In this document: piece by piece, positions 23,455-36,568 of the stretch | How the letters are laid out: the number at the start of each line of letters is the position of its first letter | Numbering within the stretch: the stretch's first letter is position 1 | From: Octopus bimaculoides | Lineage: Eukaryota | Length of the DNA: 42,765 nt | Reading direction: 5' to 3' | Assembly (NCBI RefSeq): GCF_001194135.2 | Contig: NC_069000.1 | Location: 26,255,753-26,298,517, forward strand | Position numbers and translations under genes: made by a program | The notes under the pieces: model-generated | Database searches by the model: none | Told to the model about the DNA's origin: nothing | Seen by the model: the letters and a program-made list of their open reading frames with translations, nothing else

Positions 23455-26205
23455 ATATTATGTACACCTGGGATATACTAGGGCTGGCTGAAGTCAGATA
23501 GACTGAATTTAGTGTGACAATAACAGATGTTGGCCGCAAACTGTAGCACAGTGGAGATGACACCAATGAACGTGGAGTGGGCTTGGAGTAAGTTCAGTTG
23601 TCAGCTGTACACCAGTATTACCATATGTGTGGTTACAAGACCACAGAATATTATTATCATACAAGTCTATGCGCCAATGCTTGAATATGATGATGATGTC
23701 ATAGAGGAAGTCTATGAAGACCTGGAGAAAATCACCAAAATGACTCCCAAAAAGATGCCCACATTATCCTAGGAGACGGGAATGTCAAAGCAGGCCCAAA
23801 TGCATATGACCAATAGGCTGGGACAGTGGAACACTTCGAGCTCATAGAAACCAATGACTATGGATAGCAATTCCTAGAATTTACTAGCAAGCAGAAGCTA
23901 ACCCTAGCCAACACACTGTTCTCACACAAGACCTTACACATGGCTTGCACCCAGCAGTAGGAATCATAAGCAAATTGACTTCATCCTCGCACATCAAAAG
24001 TTCAAGTCCAGTGTCAACAAAGCTAGGTCTAAGACTTTCCCGGGTGCAGATGTCAACAGTGATCATGATTTGGTCATGATAACAATGAGGCTCAAACTGA
24101 AAAGCACCCACAAGAAAAAAACAACATGTATTAGGTTTGATGTTGACAACTAAAAGATCCTTGATTGCATCAGAATTTGAGGTGAAAGTGGGTGCCAGGT
24201 TTGCAGCCCTTAGCCTGGAAGATGATATAAACTCCCTGACCAACAATATAAAGGAGGTACGTAAGGAAATGATTCTAGAAGTGCTAGGGAGAAGAAAGAA
24301 AAAGAAACCATGGGTCACTGATAACATCTTGGATCTATGTAATTTAAGACAGGACCTGAGGAAGATCAAGCTAACATGTCGGGAGGCAAGTCAGCAATAC
24401 AATGCTGTGAATAAGATTAGGAGGGGAAAAAAAGGGAAACCAAAGAAGAATGGATAGAAGACCAGTGCAAAATAATTGAAGCTGGGATAAAGAAAGGTAA
24501 CCTCAAGGTTGCTTATGAAACCTTCAAAATTCTAACAAAAACAAAGAAACACAACATCACCACTATCATTGACAACAAAACAGACCTGCTCCTCATAGAT
24601 ATGAATGATGTCATCACAAGATGGTCTGAGTACTGCAAATTCAAACATGGCAGCAACATCCTAATCAATTCCAACATCAACAACAACAACAACAGTGAAC
24701 TTAAGGATAAGAACTTGGGAGAGAAGGAAGTTGAAGAAACAGTGCACATGCTCAAAGATGGGAAATCCCCAGTAGTGGATAACATCTCATTAGACCTCTT
24801 AAAACATGGATGGCAATGCTTATCAAGGCACTAACTTGTCAGAAGATATGGAAGATGAAGCAATGGCCAAAGGAGTGGACCCAATCACTGATGATAACCA
24901 TTCCCAAGAAAGGCAACTTAAGATTCTACCAGAATTATTAAAAAATTAGCCTAATTAGCCACTGCAGCAAAGTATTGTTAAGAATTCTGCTAAACAGACT
25001 TAAAGGGAAGGAGAGAAGAAACCCTTGCAGAAGAACAGACAGGATTTAGGCCACAAAGAAGTACTGTGGAGCAGATTTTTAACATTATTAGACTTCTCAC
25101 TGAGAAATATCTACAACACCAGTATGACTTCTACCAAAACTTCACTGACTTCAAAGAAGCCTTTAACTGTTTTTGGCATGATGGGTTGTGGCAGGTGATT
25201 AAGAATTACAACTTTGACAACAACCTCATCAAAGTAATCCAAGCACTGTATAAAAACTCAAGCAGTGCAGTTCTCCTGAGCAACATCTGAGAAGTCTTGA
25301 AGACAATAGTGAGCGTTGGTCAAGGATGTATCCTCTCTCCAGTGCTTTTCAACCTCTTCCTGGAGAACATCATGCAGGAGATACTTGAAGACTTCCACTC
25401 CTCCATTTCTATTAGATGATGGCCCATTTCTGACCTGCACTTTGCTGATGATATTGACCTGTTACAAAGCAGTGAAGCAGAACTACAGGAGCTCACCATC
25501 AGATTGGAAAATGTAATCAGGAGTATATGGGATAGAGATCATCCCCTCCCACACTCCACCCAAACACCCACCTACCTAAAGAGCATGATCCTGGTTAATA
25601 GTAACAACTAAAACACAACAACCAGCATCATGCTAGGATCCACTCTAACCAAGGATGGCATATCTCAAAAGGAGATAACAACAAGACTCAATTTAGCCTC
25701 TGCTGCTATGATGAAGCTGAACAACATAGGGAAAAGTAATTCCATTAGTTTTCCAGCAAGACTCAGAGTGTACAAGACCCTGGTGACTTTGATCCTTATG
25801 TGTGTGTGAGAGCTGGACTCTTACAGCTGACATGGAGCAAAGAACACAGGCATTTGAGCACAAGTGCTTCAGAAGGCACATCCTATACACAGAGCACAAA
25901 GTAAATAGCTTTGCCAAGTAGCAAGTCAATAAATAAGCTGGTAGACTCTTGTGCAGCTAAAAAGACGAAAGCTTGCCTAGTACAGTCATGTACAAACACA
26001 ACCCCCCTGCCTCAAACCATTTTTCGGAGTACAGTTGAGGGAGGGCGAAAGAGAGGCAGATAGAGAAAATCTTGGTTTGGCAACATCAAGGACTGGATAG
26101 GTCACATCACAGCAAACCTATAACTCATGACAGAGAACAAATACCAGTGGTGACGACTGACTATGAAAGCATCTAGAGTGGCACTCCAATGACTGTCTGC
26201 AGTCA
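23455..26205 (+). mobile_element. Near-full-length decayed RTE LINE (APE endonuclease plus RT)
   Basis: WDILGLAEVR, QVYAP, QIDFIL, GADVNSDHDLV (APE); KSPVVDNI, PKKGNL, EEQTGFRPQRST, QGCILSPVLFNLFL, FADDIDL, GGRKRGR (RT). Many stops and frameshifts. Confidence 0.92.
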
Positions 26206-26209
26206 TTTC

Positions 26210-26580
26210 TGAAGAGAAAACGTAAGCTAGAAAAGAGAATTACGGAAAAGTAAGAAAAGGAGAAAACAGGAAGATTAGTAAAAGGGAATAACTGCGAACA
26301 GTGAAGGAAGAAAAAAGAGTGGAGAAAATGGAAAGTGAGAGAAATATAAATGAAAATGTGAGAAAAAGTATGAAAACGATAAAGGCAAATGGGGAAAATG
26401 GAAAATATATAAAGGAGACAGGAGAAAGTTGACAAGAAATGGATTGAGTAAGAGAGAAAGAGATACAGAAGGGGTAGAGACACAGAGGATATAGAAGAAA
26501 GTGTAAAGACTAATAAAACAGAAAGGAGAGAGAGAGAGAGAGAGTGGAAGGTAAAATATAAGAGAAAGGGATGAATATGT
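26210..26580 (+). repeat. Purine-rich (GA) low-complexity tract
   Basis: Strong A/G strand bias with no coding motifs. Confidence 0.8.
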
Positions 26581-26965
26581 ACATCGTTAGTCACAATGGG
26601 CGTTCAATTGCTTTTTTTAAGGTTTCAATATTTGTTTTTATGTTGTCTTGTTTCTTTGTACAGATTTTTTTGTTTTATCTATGCTAAAACAGTCACAATA
26701 AGAACTGCAATAACAATAGCAGAAAACACCAATGCCAATTCTCATCATCAATAATGAATTTCTGCAGATTTTACTTTTCCATTGATAAGTTGGCCACCCT
26801 GCATCCTGAATCAGTATTCTTCACCTCAAGAATTTGTAAGTAGCAAACATAAGAATTGTTAATGATCAATGAAAGAATTGTTAGCAGCAAACTGATAAGT
26901 TGTGTTTTCAATTTTATATTTTTATTAATCATTCAATTTATTTTCTTGCTTCCCACTACATTATA

Positions 26966-28919
26966 ATGAGCAAAGAAAAAACAAAGTTGTATCAGCAAAA
27001 ATTCCAAAAGGAATGGCTTAATATGTAAAGTACCTAGTGACCAATCTAAAGTACGTTGCAGATATTGTAAACGTAATATGTTGGCAAAATATTCTCTTTT
27101 AGTAAACCACTGTGAAGCAAAGAAATATAAGGCATCAACTCCACAGCAAATGATTCCTCTTACCAATTTTATTAAAACCAAAATTGATAAGACATCTATG
27201 CTTGAAGCAAATTTAGCAATGTTTATCTGTTGCCACTCATCATTTAATTGCTGGGATCACTTAATAGAGTTATGTAAGAATTATATGTCTGATAGTGATA
27301 TTATATCCAAAGTGAAGTTGCATCGTACAAAATGTCCAAATATTGTGAGAAATGTTGTAGCTCCATATTTTGACGGAGATTTGATTTCTGATATAGGAGA
27401 TAGAAAATTTTGCCTGTTATTAGATGAATCCAATGATATATTGATAAACAAGTTGTTAGGAATTGTTATCATATATTATAGTGACACTCACAAAAAAGTG
27501 GTACATACATATCTCAGTATGGTATCTTTAGAAACATATGATGCAGATGGCATTGTAGATGCCTTAAAATTGAATTAGTGACAAAGAAATTAGATATAAA
27601 AAATTTACTGGCTATAGGAACTGACAATGCTAGAGTAATGATAGGAGTCAATAATGGTGTTTTCCAGAAATTAAAAGAAGTTCCATCATTACTTCTATTT
27701 TGATGTGTATGTCATTCTTTACAGTTGGCAGTATCCCACACTTGTGCTGAATGCTTGCCCATAAATTTAGAATTTTTAGTATCTGAAACCTATAAATGGT
27801 CCTCTCATTCTTCAACAAGACAAAATGCCTACAAACAACTTTACTTTGCTATCAATGATAAAGAGCCTTTGAAGATTGTGAATTCTTGTACAACTAGGTG
27901 GCTATCAATAGAACCAGTGGTAAATAGAATTTTAAGCCAATGGTTTGAATTGCAAACTCACTTCCAAACTACAACTACAAAAGAAAACTGCTTTACAGCA
28001 CAAACGTTACATGAAATGTTTTGTGATTCTAGGAATGAATTTTACCTTTTATTTTTTGCATTCAATTTTAAAACATGTTCAGGAAGTGAATAATATCGAC
28101 AAAACAAAATTACTTGAAGATCTTTCAAATTTGATCAAATCTGTTGCTAATATGATAGTGTTGCCAACATGTCGAATTGATCCTCTTGATCTGGATGCTT
28201 CTATTGAAAAATTCCTGGATCCTAAACCAAATTTAAGCTACAGGTTCGAGAGAAAGATAGCAGAAATGATTATTAAGAAGACTATAACAGCCACCGAAGA
28301 AAATAATATTTGCAAAAGAGCACAACAATTTTTACTCTGCTTCTATAAAGACCTCAAGCACCGTTTGTTATGAAATATTAATATACTGAGGAATATCAAA
28401 TGTTTTTCAGTAGAGAATATTTTGCAGCATTTCAAAGAGCCAATTTTATTTGTCTTAGAAGCAATTCATTTAAATGAAGAAAAAATTGCTTCAATTGAAA
28501 TTCAGTTTAATAACATTTGTTTAGTTAAATGGACAAATACGTCTAATACTGAGACATTCTGGCTGGAAGTTTTAGAATATAAAGATGCTACTGGAGGAAA
28601 TCCTTTTAGAGATGTTGCAAATTTTGCCATTAATTTATTGACATTGCCAAACTCAAATGCAGAAGTTGGATGGTTGTTCAGTAGTATGGGTGTAATCAAA
28701 TCAAAATTGAAAAACTAAATGCATCTTCCTATGCTTAGATCAATACTGTCTATAAAATATGGCCTGCAATGATATGGCAAATGTTGCAAAAACTTCGATA
28801 TTCCAAAACACATAATTAACAAGATTGGGACCTTAAATGTATACAAAAGTCAAGACCTAGGCACTGCAGCTGAAAGTGATCAAATCAGTGAAATTTCAGA
28901 AATTATTTCTCAATGCTGA
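26966..28919 (+). pseudogene. hAT-superfamily transposase pseudogene
   Basis: N-terminal CRYC..H zinc finger, LHRTKC, FCLLLDESND, IGTDNA, CVCHSLQL, TRWLS, and C-terminal dimerisation LLTLPNSNAEVGWLFS (catalytic E position reads G). Confidence 0.88.
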
Positions 28920-28991
28920 ATATAATTAAAGAAAGTAAATAAAAATGTAAATAAAAATTAGGCTTTTTCATATAATTAGTCTTTAGGAAAG

Positions 28992-31137
28992 TGGTTATAC
29001 ACCATTAGGTGTACACCTGCTTTCCTATATTAAATTCGGAATAACAACGAAATGCAGAACTCTGAACTATCAACACAACAATATTTATTTATGGATGAAA
29101 TAGGCAGCCTTAAACTGGTTGCTGAGACGCCGGAATGTTGTTGTGAGCTGTCCCCAGAGTTGGATTGTTGGCGAGACAGCTTGGTACGACCACGCTCAAT
29201 GAGAGAGCTCTGTAGGACCTGACCTATGTTGCCTCTTCGCAGGCTGGCGAGAAAAGAGAATTAAAAAAAGCGGGAACGCTTAGATGTTGAACTCTATGCA
29301 TGCGTGGATAAAAACGCAGCAATGGCGACTGTACCTTGGCGCCAAATGAGGTCACTACAATGGCTCCCCCTTGAGTGTGGAAGCACGAAAATAGAAATTT
29401 TGGACGGACATCTGAGGCAAGATGGCCACCGAAACCACGCAAAAAATGTGGCACAAATATATAAAGAAAAACTCAAGGAAATGATGGACAATGGTTAGAT
29501 ACATGCATGCAATGTACAAAAGAATTGATGAAAGAAAAACATGCAAGTAAAATGGGCAGTAAATGCCACCTAGTGAAAAACAAATGCGACAATGATAAAA
29601 CAACCGTGATGAACACTGTCCAGGAACTGAAATCACGGAATGTAAAAATCTGAAAAGTCTGATTGTTTGTTTTCTTTTTTTTTTTTTTTTCTTTGAAAGG
29701 AAGAAAAATTTTCAATAAAAAAAACTCTGAAATTGTCCACTGAAACACAATAAGTCAAATGTAAATAGTCTTTGCCAATTTCTTGGGCCAACGCACTGTC
29801 CTGCCAAACCTAGTGACATAAGGTTCACTTGAGTTCCTTTTCAATGACGGAGGTGGTGTAATTGCTGGTGTGTGTGATTGTGATGGTGCTGATGTTGGTG
29901 TATGCATTGGTAAAGGCGTTGACAATGTGTGTGGCGGCAGAGGTGTGTGCGGCATTTGAAAAACGGGCACGTCGTCCACGGGAGTTGTGGGTTTGTCAAG
30001 GTACGCTTTTTTCAGACAGTCGACAGACACAATTTCTGTACGACCATTAGCATCGACCTTGAAAAACTTTGGAGTGCGAGAAAGCACACGATAGGGTCCT
30101 TTGTAGGGAGAAACAAGGGGTCCTTTGACAGAATCATCCCTAATGAATACATGAGACCAAGACTCAATGTCTGCTGGCACTTTAGAGGGAGGTGACTGTT
30201 GTCTGGGGCCCATAGATGGAAGATTGGAGGAATACTCTCGCAACGGAGTAACATAGGACTCTGGGTGTGGTGGTTGTGATGAGTCTGGTNNNNNNNNNNN
30301 NNNNNNNNNNNNNNNNNNNNNNNNNNNNNNNNNNNNNNNNNNNNNNNNNNNNNNNNNNNNNNNNNNNNNNNNNNNNNNNNNNNNNNNNNNNNNNNNNNNN
30401 NNNNNNNNNNNNNNNNNNNNNNNNNNNNNNNNNNNNNNNNNNNNNNNNNNNNNNNNNNNNNNNNNNNNNNNNNNNNNNNNNNNNNNNNNNNNNNNNNNNN
30501 NNNNNNNNNNNNNNNNNNNNNNNNNNNNNNNNNNNNNNNNNNNNNNNNNNNNNNNNNNNNNNNNNNNNNNNNNNNNNNNNNNNNNNNNNNNNNNNNNNNN
30601 NNNNNNNNNNNNNNAAAGCCTGGGCAACAGTCTCAGAAGTAATATCTGCTATAGGAATGGCTTCTGGCCAACGTGAGAAACGGTCAACACAAGTTAACAG
30701 GTATGAGAACCCGCGACACACTGGTAAAGGTCTAACCAAATCAAGATGGACGTGACGGAAACGGGCTTCAGGAGAAGGAAATTGTCCAAGAGGGGCACGA
30801 ACGTGCCTATGGACCTTCGCACTCTGGCACTTCATGCAAGAGCGTGCCCAAGTGGTAATTGATCGCCGCATATTGGGCCAGAAAAACCGAGCAGTGATAA
30901 GCTTTACTGTTGCTGAGATGTTGGAATGAGCTGTCCCCAGAGTTGGATTGTTGGAGAGACAGCTTGGTACGACCACGCTCAATGAGAGAGCTCTGTAGGA
31001 CCTGTGTTGCCTCTTCGCAGGCTGACGAGAAAAGAGAATTAAAAAAAGCGGGAACGCTTAGATGTTGAACTCCACGCATGCGTGGATAAAAACGCAGCAA
31101 TGGCGACCGTACCTTGGCGCCAAATGACGTCACTACA
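28992..31137 (-). mobile_element. Gypsy (CsRn1-like) LTR retrotransposon, deleted: truncated 5' LTR fused to integrase, then PPT and 3' LTR
   Basis: 3' LTR 29359-28992 (TGTAG..AACCA), PPT AAGGGGGAGCCA 29372-29361, 5' LTR remnant 31137-~30915 (7 substitutions and 1 indel in ~205 bp by hand). Confidence 0.85.
29755..30930 (-). pseudogene. Gypsy integrase (zinc-binding region, core partly in gap, GPY/F module)
   Basis: FFWPNMRRSITTWARSCMKCQSAK, RFRHVHLDLVRPLP, LLTCVDRFSRWPEAIP, PLVSPYKGPYRVL, VTRFGRTVR. Confidence 0.9.
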
Positions 31138-31241
31138 AGTCTTTAGCCTTTTTTTGTCATATTTAGCATGTTTTAGCATTTTTGGGATATTTTTTCTATT
31201 GAAATTTAGCATAAAATTCTGATTTTAAGTTGGCAACACTA
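31138..31241 (+). mobile_element. hAT right end, displaced by the nested Gypsy element
   Basis: Repeated TTTAGC subterminal motifs ending in GTTGGCAACACTA. Matching left TIR not found. Confidence 0.6.
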
Positions 31242-31599
31242 TCCTACATTTTTATTAGCACACGCGCTCTCTCTCTCAACATTAAGTAGATATAACAATA
31301 TCCTGTGTGCTTTATCGATATGTGGCACTGCGGACAGTGATAATGGGAGTTAGCTAAATAAAAATAAGTACCGTCGCAATCTGTTTTCTCGTCGAATATA
31401 CAACACACTCAAAAACAAAGCCAAGTCGAAATCGTATTACCGATAGAAATAGTCTAAAATTCGCATTTTTATTTTAGTAAATTTGGTAGCACTATGTACA
31501 CTCCTATAAGGATAACTACTACACGACACTGATCTCACTCTCTCTCTCTGTTTAGATATATATGTATAATAGCAATAGTGTGGTGTTCTGTTTAGCAAC

Positions 31600-32630
31600 G
31601 AAGCAGAGAAAGAATTAAATCAAGGGAAGTGGAAATGTATGAGAAACAGAAAAGACAAAGAGATGGGAGGAGAAATTGAGGTGATGTTTGGTGAGGAAGA
31701 AGAAGTAATGTGAAATGGAGGTAATACTGATAAGGGGGAGTAGGAGGGAGGAATAATTTAAAGTGGAGATGATGCCGGTGGAAGAGCTATGACAAATTGA
31801 GTTAATGTAGATGAGGAGAAGGAAAAAGAAGCAGTGATACTAACGACGTGAAATGAGATTTGAGAGGAAATTAACGATTGTCTTTTTTTATATCAAAAGT
31901 TGATGTGAAAAGAGACAAGTTCGAAATATAGAGCGAGCAAAGAGTGAAGGGGAATTACGAAGAAAATACTATGAAGGAAGAGGCAGAGGATAATACAAGT
32001 CAGTCATGTGAAAAGAGAGGGGGTAAATGATAGGAGAAAGCAGAGATATTTAAAGAAGACAGAGAGATGGGTACAAAACAAGAAGAAATGGAGGCTCTCT
32101 TTTAAGAAAATGAATAAAGAAAGGTATCGGATGAAAAAGGAACGTAATGAAATAAAACTATATAAAAAAAATATATGAAATGGAAAAGGAGATTGTTAAT
32201 AGGAAAAAGAAATCACAAAAATCAAAAGAAAAAAAAACAGGAAAACTGAATTGGGAAAATGTGAGCGAGAAGTAAAATGCAGAGATAATAATAAAGAGGT
32301 GGGGAGAGAAAGAAGGAATGTAAGAGATATTAAGGTGTAAGTAGGAAAGAATTAAAGAAAGAGGTCGGTAACGAAAATGGTTCAGATGAAAAAGTTAAAA
32401 ATAAAAAAAAGAGATGGCGATAAAAGAGAATAGAATGAATAAAGAAGCGAAATTAAATGGATGAAGGTGAAAGAGACTACGACAAGAGATTTTATTGAGT
32501 TAAATAAGGGATATGGAAAGGTGACTTGCGAAGACAGAAAGGAAAGGGCTAAGAAATAAATACTTTTAAAAAATTACATGAAACATTAGAAACTGAAAGA
32601 CGTAAAGAGAAAAAGAAGTCTCCTGCTTTT
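31600..32630 (+). repeat. ~1-kb purine-rich low-complexity tract
   Basis: Almost entirely A/G-rich words on the plus strand; no ORF or motif. Confidence 0.8.
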
Positions 32631-33349
32631 TCTTCTCATTTTCCCTATTAATGAATGCTTTTTAAAATACCCTGACAATGAAAATGAAAAATTATGAAGG
32701 GAAATTTTAAAAGATAACTAGATATAAATAATTTATTTTTTGATATCACAATAAATAGAAAATATTTAACAGCAAACCAAGATGTGTAACTGTAATGGCA
32801 TTTTTTCACACATTCAAAGACATCTTCGTCATTCTCTCTCTCTCTCTCTCTCTCTCTTTCTAACAAGCTGGTCACAACCTTATCTTTTTACTCAATATAT
32901 CTATATTGAGCCTGCAACGTTGGTTTTGATGGGTAATTGAATATTGTTTAGGCTACGTGTTCCCATATAAAACCAAGTTAATAGAAAATTTCTTGTAATT
33001 TCACAACACTGCGCAAACGTTTGAACATAATTTATTGTGCTGTATTAGTATGTAAAGATGTTCTTGGTGTGGTAGTTATCACTTGTACTCGAGCTACTAA
33101 GTGCTAGGAGGTGAATATATTTGCTGAGGTTGGGAGCTGACTCTTAATTGTTGGATGTTGGCTGTTATTTCTAGCGTCGGAGGTCAATAGTTGTACATAA
33201 AAAACGACGAAATCTGTTATGGGGTTTTTTCGAACGAACTTTTGTTCCTACTGAGAGTTTGGGTGTTATTGAAATAGTATTACGACAAATGTTGAGAGAG
33301 TTTGGATGTCATTGAAATAGTATTCGAAAAGTTATTGCCAGTCCTTGTG

Positions 33350-34355
33350 TGGCGATCTTTCGATATGACTCGCAGAAATGCCAAACTGAACAGCTGTTAA
33401 GATACAACATTCGGTAAAATCGGTAAAATTTTTATCTATTTATTTTTGCGGGTGGAAATGTACATTTTGTTTCAAGTTAGCATAAAGTGAAAGAGAGACG
33501 AAATGGACAGGGACGTGTTGATAGGGGGTGCGAGACAAAATATGTGTTGTGTATAAGTGAGAGAGAGAGACCGCGTATATTTTTATTTATTTTATCTCGC
33601 ATCTTTTTTGAGTGTGTGAGTGATTGACTGAGAGNNNNNNNNNNNNNNNNNNNNNNNNNNNNNNNNNNNNNNNNNNNNNNNNNNNNNNNNNNNNNNNNNN
33701 NNNNNNNNNNNNNNNNNNNNNNNNNNNNNNNNNNNNNNNNNNNNNNNNNNNNNNNNNNNNNNNNNNNNNNNNNNNNNNNNNNNNNNNNNNNNNNNNNNNN
33801 NNNNNNNNNNNNNNNNNNNNNNNNNNNNNNNNNNNNNNNNNNNNNNNNNNNNNNNNNNNNNNNNNNNNNNNNNNNNNNNNNNNNNNNNNNNNNNNNNNNN
33901 NNNNNNNNNNNNNNNNNNNNNNNNNNNNNNNNNNNNNNNNNNNNNNNNNNNNNNNNNNNNNNNNNNNNNNNNNNNNNNNNNNNNNNNNNNNNNNNNNNNN
34001 NNNNNNNNNNNNNNNNNNNNNAAGTAAATAAATAAAATCTACGCTATCACTCTCTCTATCACTCTATCTCTCACACACACACACCTCTCTCTATCACTCT
34101 ATCTCTCTCACACACACACCTCTCTCTATCACTCTATCTCTCTCACACACACCTCTCTCTCAGTCAATCACACATTCTCTGACAAAAAGATGCAAGAAAA
34201 AATAAATAAAAAATGTATGCTGTCACTCTCTCTCTCTCTCTCTCTCTCTCGCACACACATCTCACACTCCCATCAACACATACACACCTTCATATCCATT
34301 TCGTCTCTCTTTACGGAATTTACCAAACACCTTCGAGTTAAAACGAAAGATCGAC
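33350..34355. repeat. Diverged inverted repeat flanking a gap, with a ~35-bp x3 minisatellite (34050-34152)
   Basis: CTCTCAGTCAATCAC, AAAAAGATGC.AGA.AAAATAAATAAAAA, CCATTTCGTCTCTCTTT (33490-33506 / 34296-34312) and CGAAAGATCG occur in mirror order on opposite strands. Confidence 0.75.
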
Positions 34356-36568
34356 CCTTGGGTTGCTGTGAATAATTCATTATGTTGATATAAGCTAGGT
34401 TCAGTCGCTGCCCGTGTCCATTCACGTTCTGTGTCTGTTCTGCCTTGAGCTACATGTCAAAGCTCTCTGGGCCATGGTCATATCCATGTGTCGTTTTATA
34501 TTGATTGAGTGGCTCAGAAAGGAGTGCACTAAAAGTTGGTACGGTCGCTGGAGCCATAAAGTTGTGATTGGCCAGATTTTGTTGATTATTTGGGTAATAT
34601 TCTCTCCAGGCAAAGTCGCAACTGGTCAGATTCGCTGATCACATGGACAACATTCCAGGGAATCATGATACCGGTTGATTGCTGAATATTTTCACTACAA
34701 TGCATTACAATCAATATATGTGGAAGCAGTAAAGTAGAAATAGCATAGTATGGCATGCAAGGAAAATGCCTGTTTGAATTTTAACACTTGGGTTGGTTCT
34801 TAACATAGTAAGCAAATATTCAGGTGCCATGTCGTGTCATCTTCGATGTCCTCGATTGTATATGCAGCCGTTAAAACAGCTATAGAGAGAGTGTAATTTA
34901 AAATTCGATCCATGACTCTCTGAATCTGGCACTTTTATTGACTGTATTTTATAGACTTTACTCACAGAAAGTTACAGATAGACTACAGAACTATCACATA
35001 AACAACAACCATTAATTGGGTAAAATCTCAATTGTGCACATGATCAAACTGTGATTAGATAGTGATCTAAAATTTGTATGTGGCAAAACTCGGGATTTCA
35101 TTCAAATTACAAGTCATTAAGACAGCAATCTGTAAGAATGTTTGTCCTACTAGAAATTATACTCGAATTTCCCTCAGATAACACTTCTCCAGAGAGACGG
35201 TTTGAGGACATACTGGCTAATGTAGTCTAGGGTACACTGATTGAAGAAAATGGGATGGTCACAACTGGAATGTCATTTATCATAGCTGACAACCCCGATC
35301 AGGGCCTATCTGAGACTAAACAACAACCTACCTACCAGTCTGAAGTTAATCTATGGTAAACAGAACCGTTAACGGAATTAATGATGAAATTATAATAAAA
35401 ATTAAAAGCAACACAGTTGCAGGTAAGACTGTGTGGTATAGAAGTTAGTTTTTCATAAGTAAATGATTCTGGATTCAATCCTCTTGCACAGTATGTTGGG
35501 TATCTTCTACTATATCCACAGGCTGATAAGTACATTGTAAACAAAATTTGTTTGAGGAAAATAATGTGTAAGTCCGTTGTCTACATACGTGTGTGTGTGG
35601 TGTACACAAATATATCAGTGCGTTGATATATCCTTTGTGGTATTTCTTCCATACTTGTTACTGCTCTTGACAACTAGAATGTTTGAAGGTTATACCCCAG
35701 TGTGGCCACAGTCCAATGAATGAAACCAATAAATGAACAGCAGAATGGACAGTGGATCTATTTCCAAAAGAGTGACAGTCCTGAGGAATAAGAATAGCTT
35801 TGAACTGTTTAATCTGGACTGTAAGATACTGTAAGTCACGGACAGACAAGATATGTCAAGTATTGTACGGGTTTACATGATTAGCATAAGTACAAAGGAG
35901 CATCGTCGTTGATGTTCAAGACTGCCTCCATTGATTAGAGATATACAATTAAATACAGGGTATCCATGAAAGCTTACCTATCTAAATAAAACAATAAAAT
36001 TATAAAAGTAAGTTAATCATAGAATGAAAAATTAATTACACTTTTTTATCATTTTTTTAACTTGCTGAGTCTAAAGAATGGGGCAGTGTCCATGGATTTG
36101 TCAGGTCTTTACTAGACTAGTGAGACTGATGTCACTAATGTTCCTCATGAACTTTTATAAGACAACACCGACAGGAAAGGTATGAGCAAGGAGAGAATTC
36201 CAAAGGGCTGACGTGTTGGAAAGAAGGATTGGACATTGTGATTAGTTCAATAGTTCGAGACTTGAAAGGTTGGACACAACAAGCCTAATGAGAAAAGAAG
36301 AGACGAGTGGGTTGGGAATACCTGTGTGGATGTGGCTCATGCACCCATATCCACCCAGGTATTTCTGACCCACTCCAAAACACGCAAATGACATTTTTTG
36401 TTTTACATAAATATACTTTGACACGTTTGGACATTGATAATTTCAAAAGAGTAAGTACGTGTTCTGCTGCATGAACCAATATTTATGAAATCTCATTGAC
36501 AATTCAATTCACTGCATTTACATTAGTCTCTGATATGTCTTTTCTAAATTTTTTCATTATGTTTAGAA

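Noticed and set aside
26118-26594. 158-aa hydrophobic ORF on the minus strand
   Set aside because: It is the translation of the complement of a GA-rich low-complexity tract.
28978-31146. AGTCTTTAG on both sides of the Gypsy element as a 9-bp TSD
   Set aside because: It is offset from the TG..CA LTR boundary, too long for Gypsy, and TTTAG is a repeated hAT subterminal motif. No true TSD was found.
35955-36500. Tc1/mariner-like end (TACAGGGTATCC) with a transposase remnant
   Set aside because: No partner TIR and no convincing DDD/E motif.
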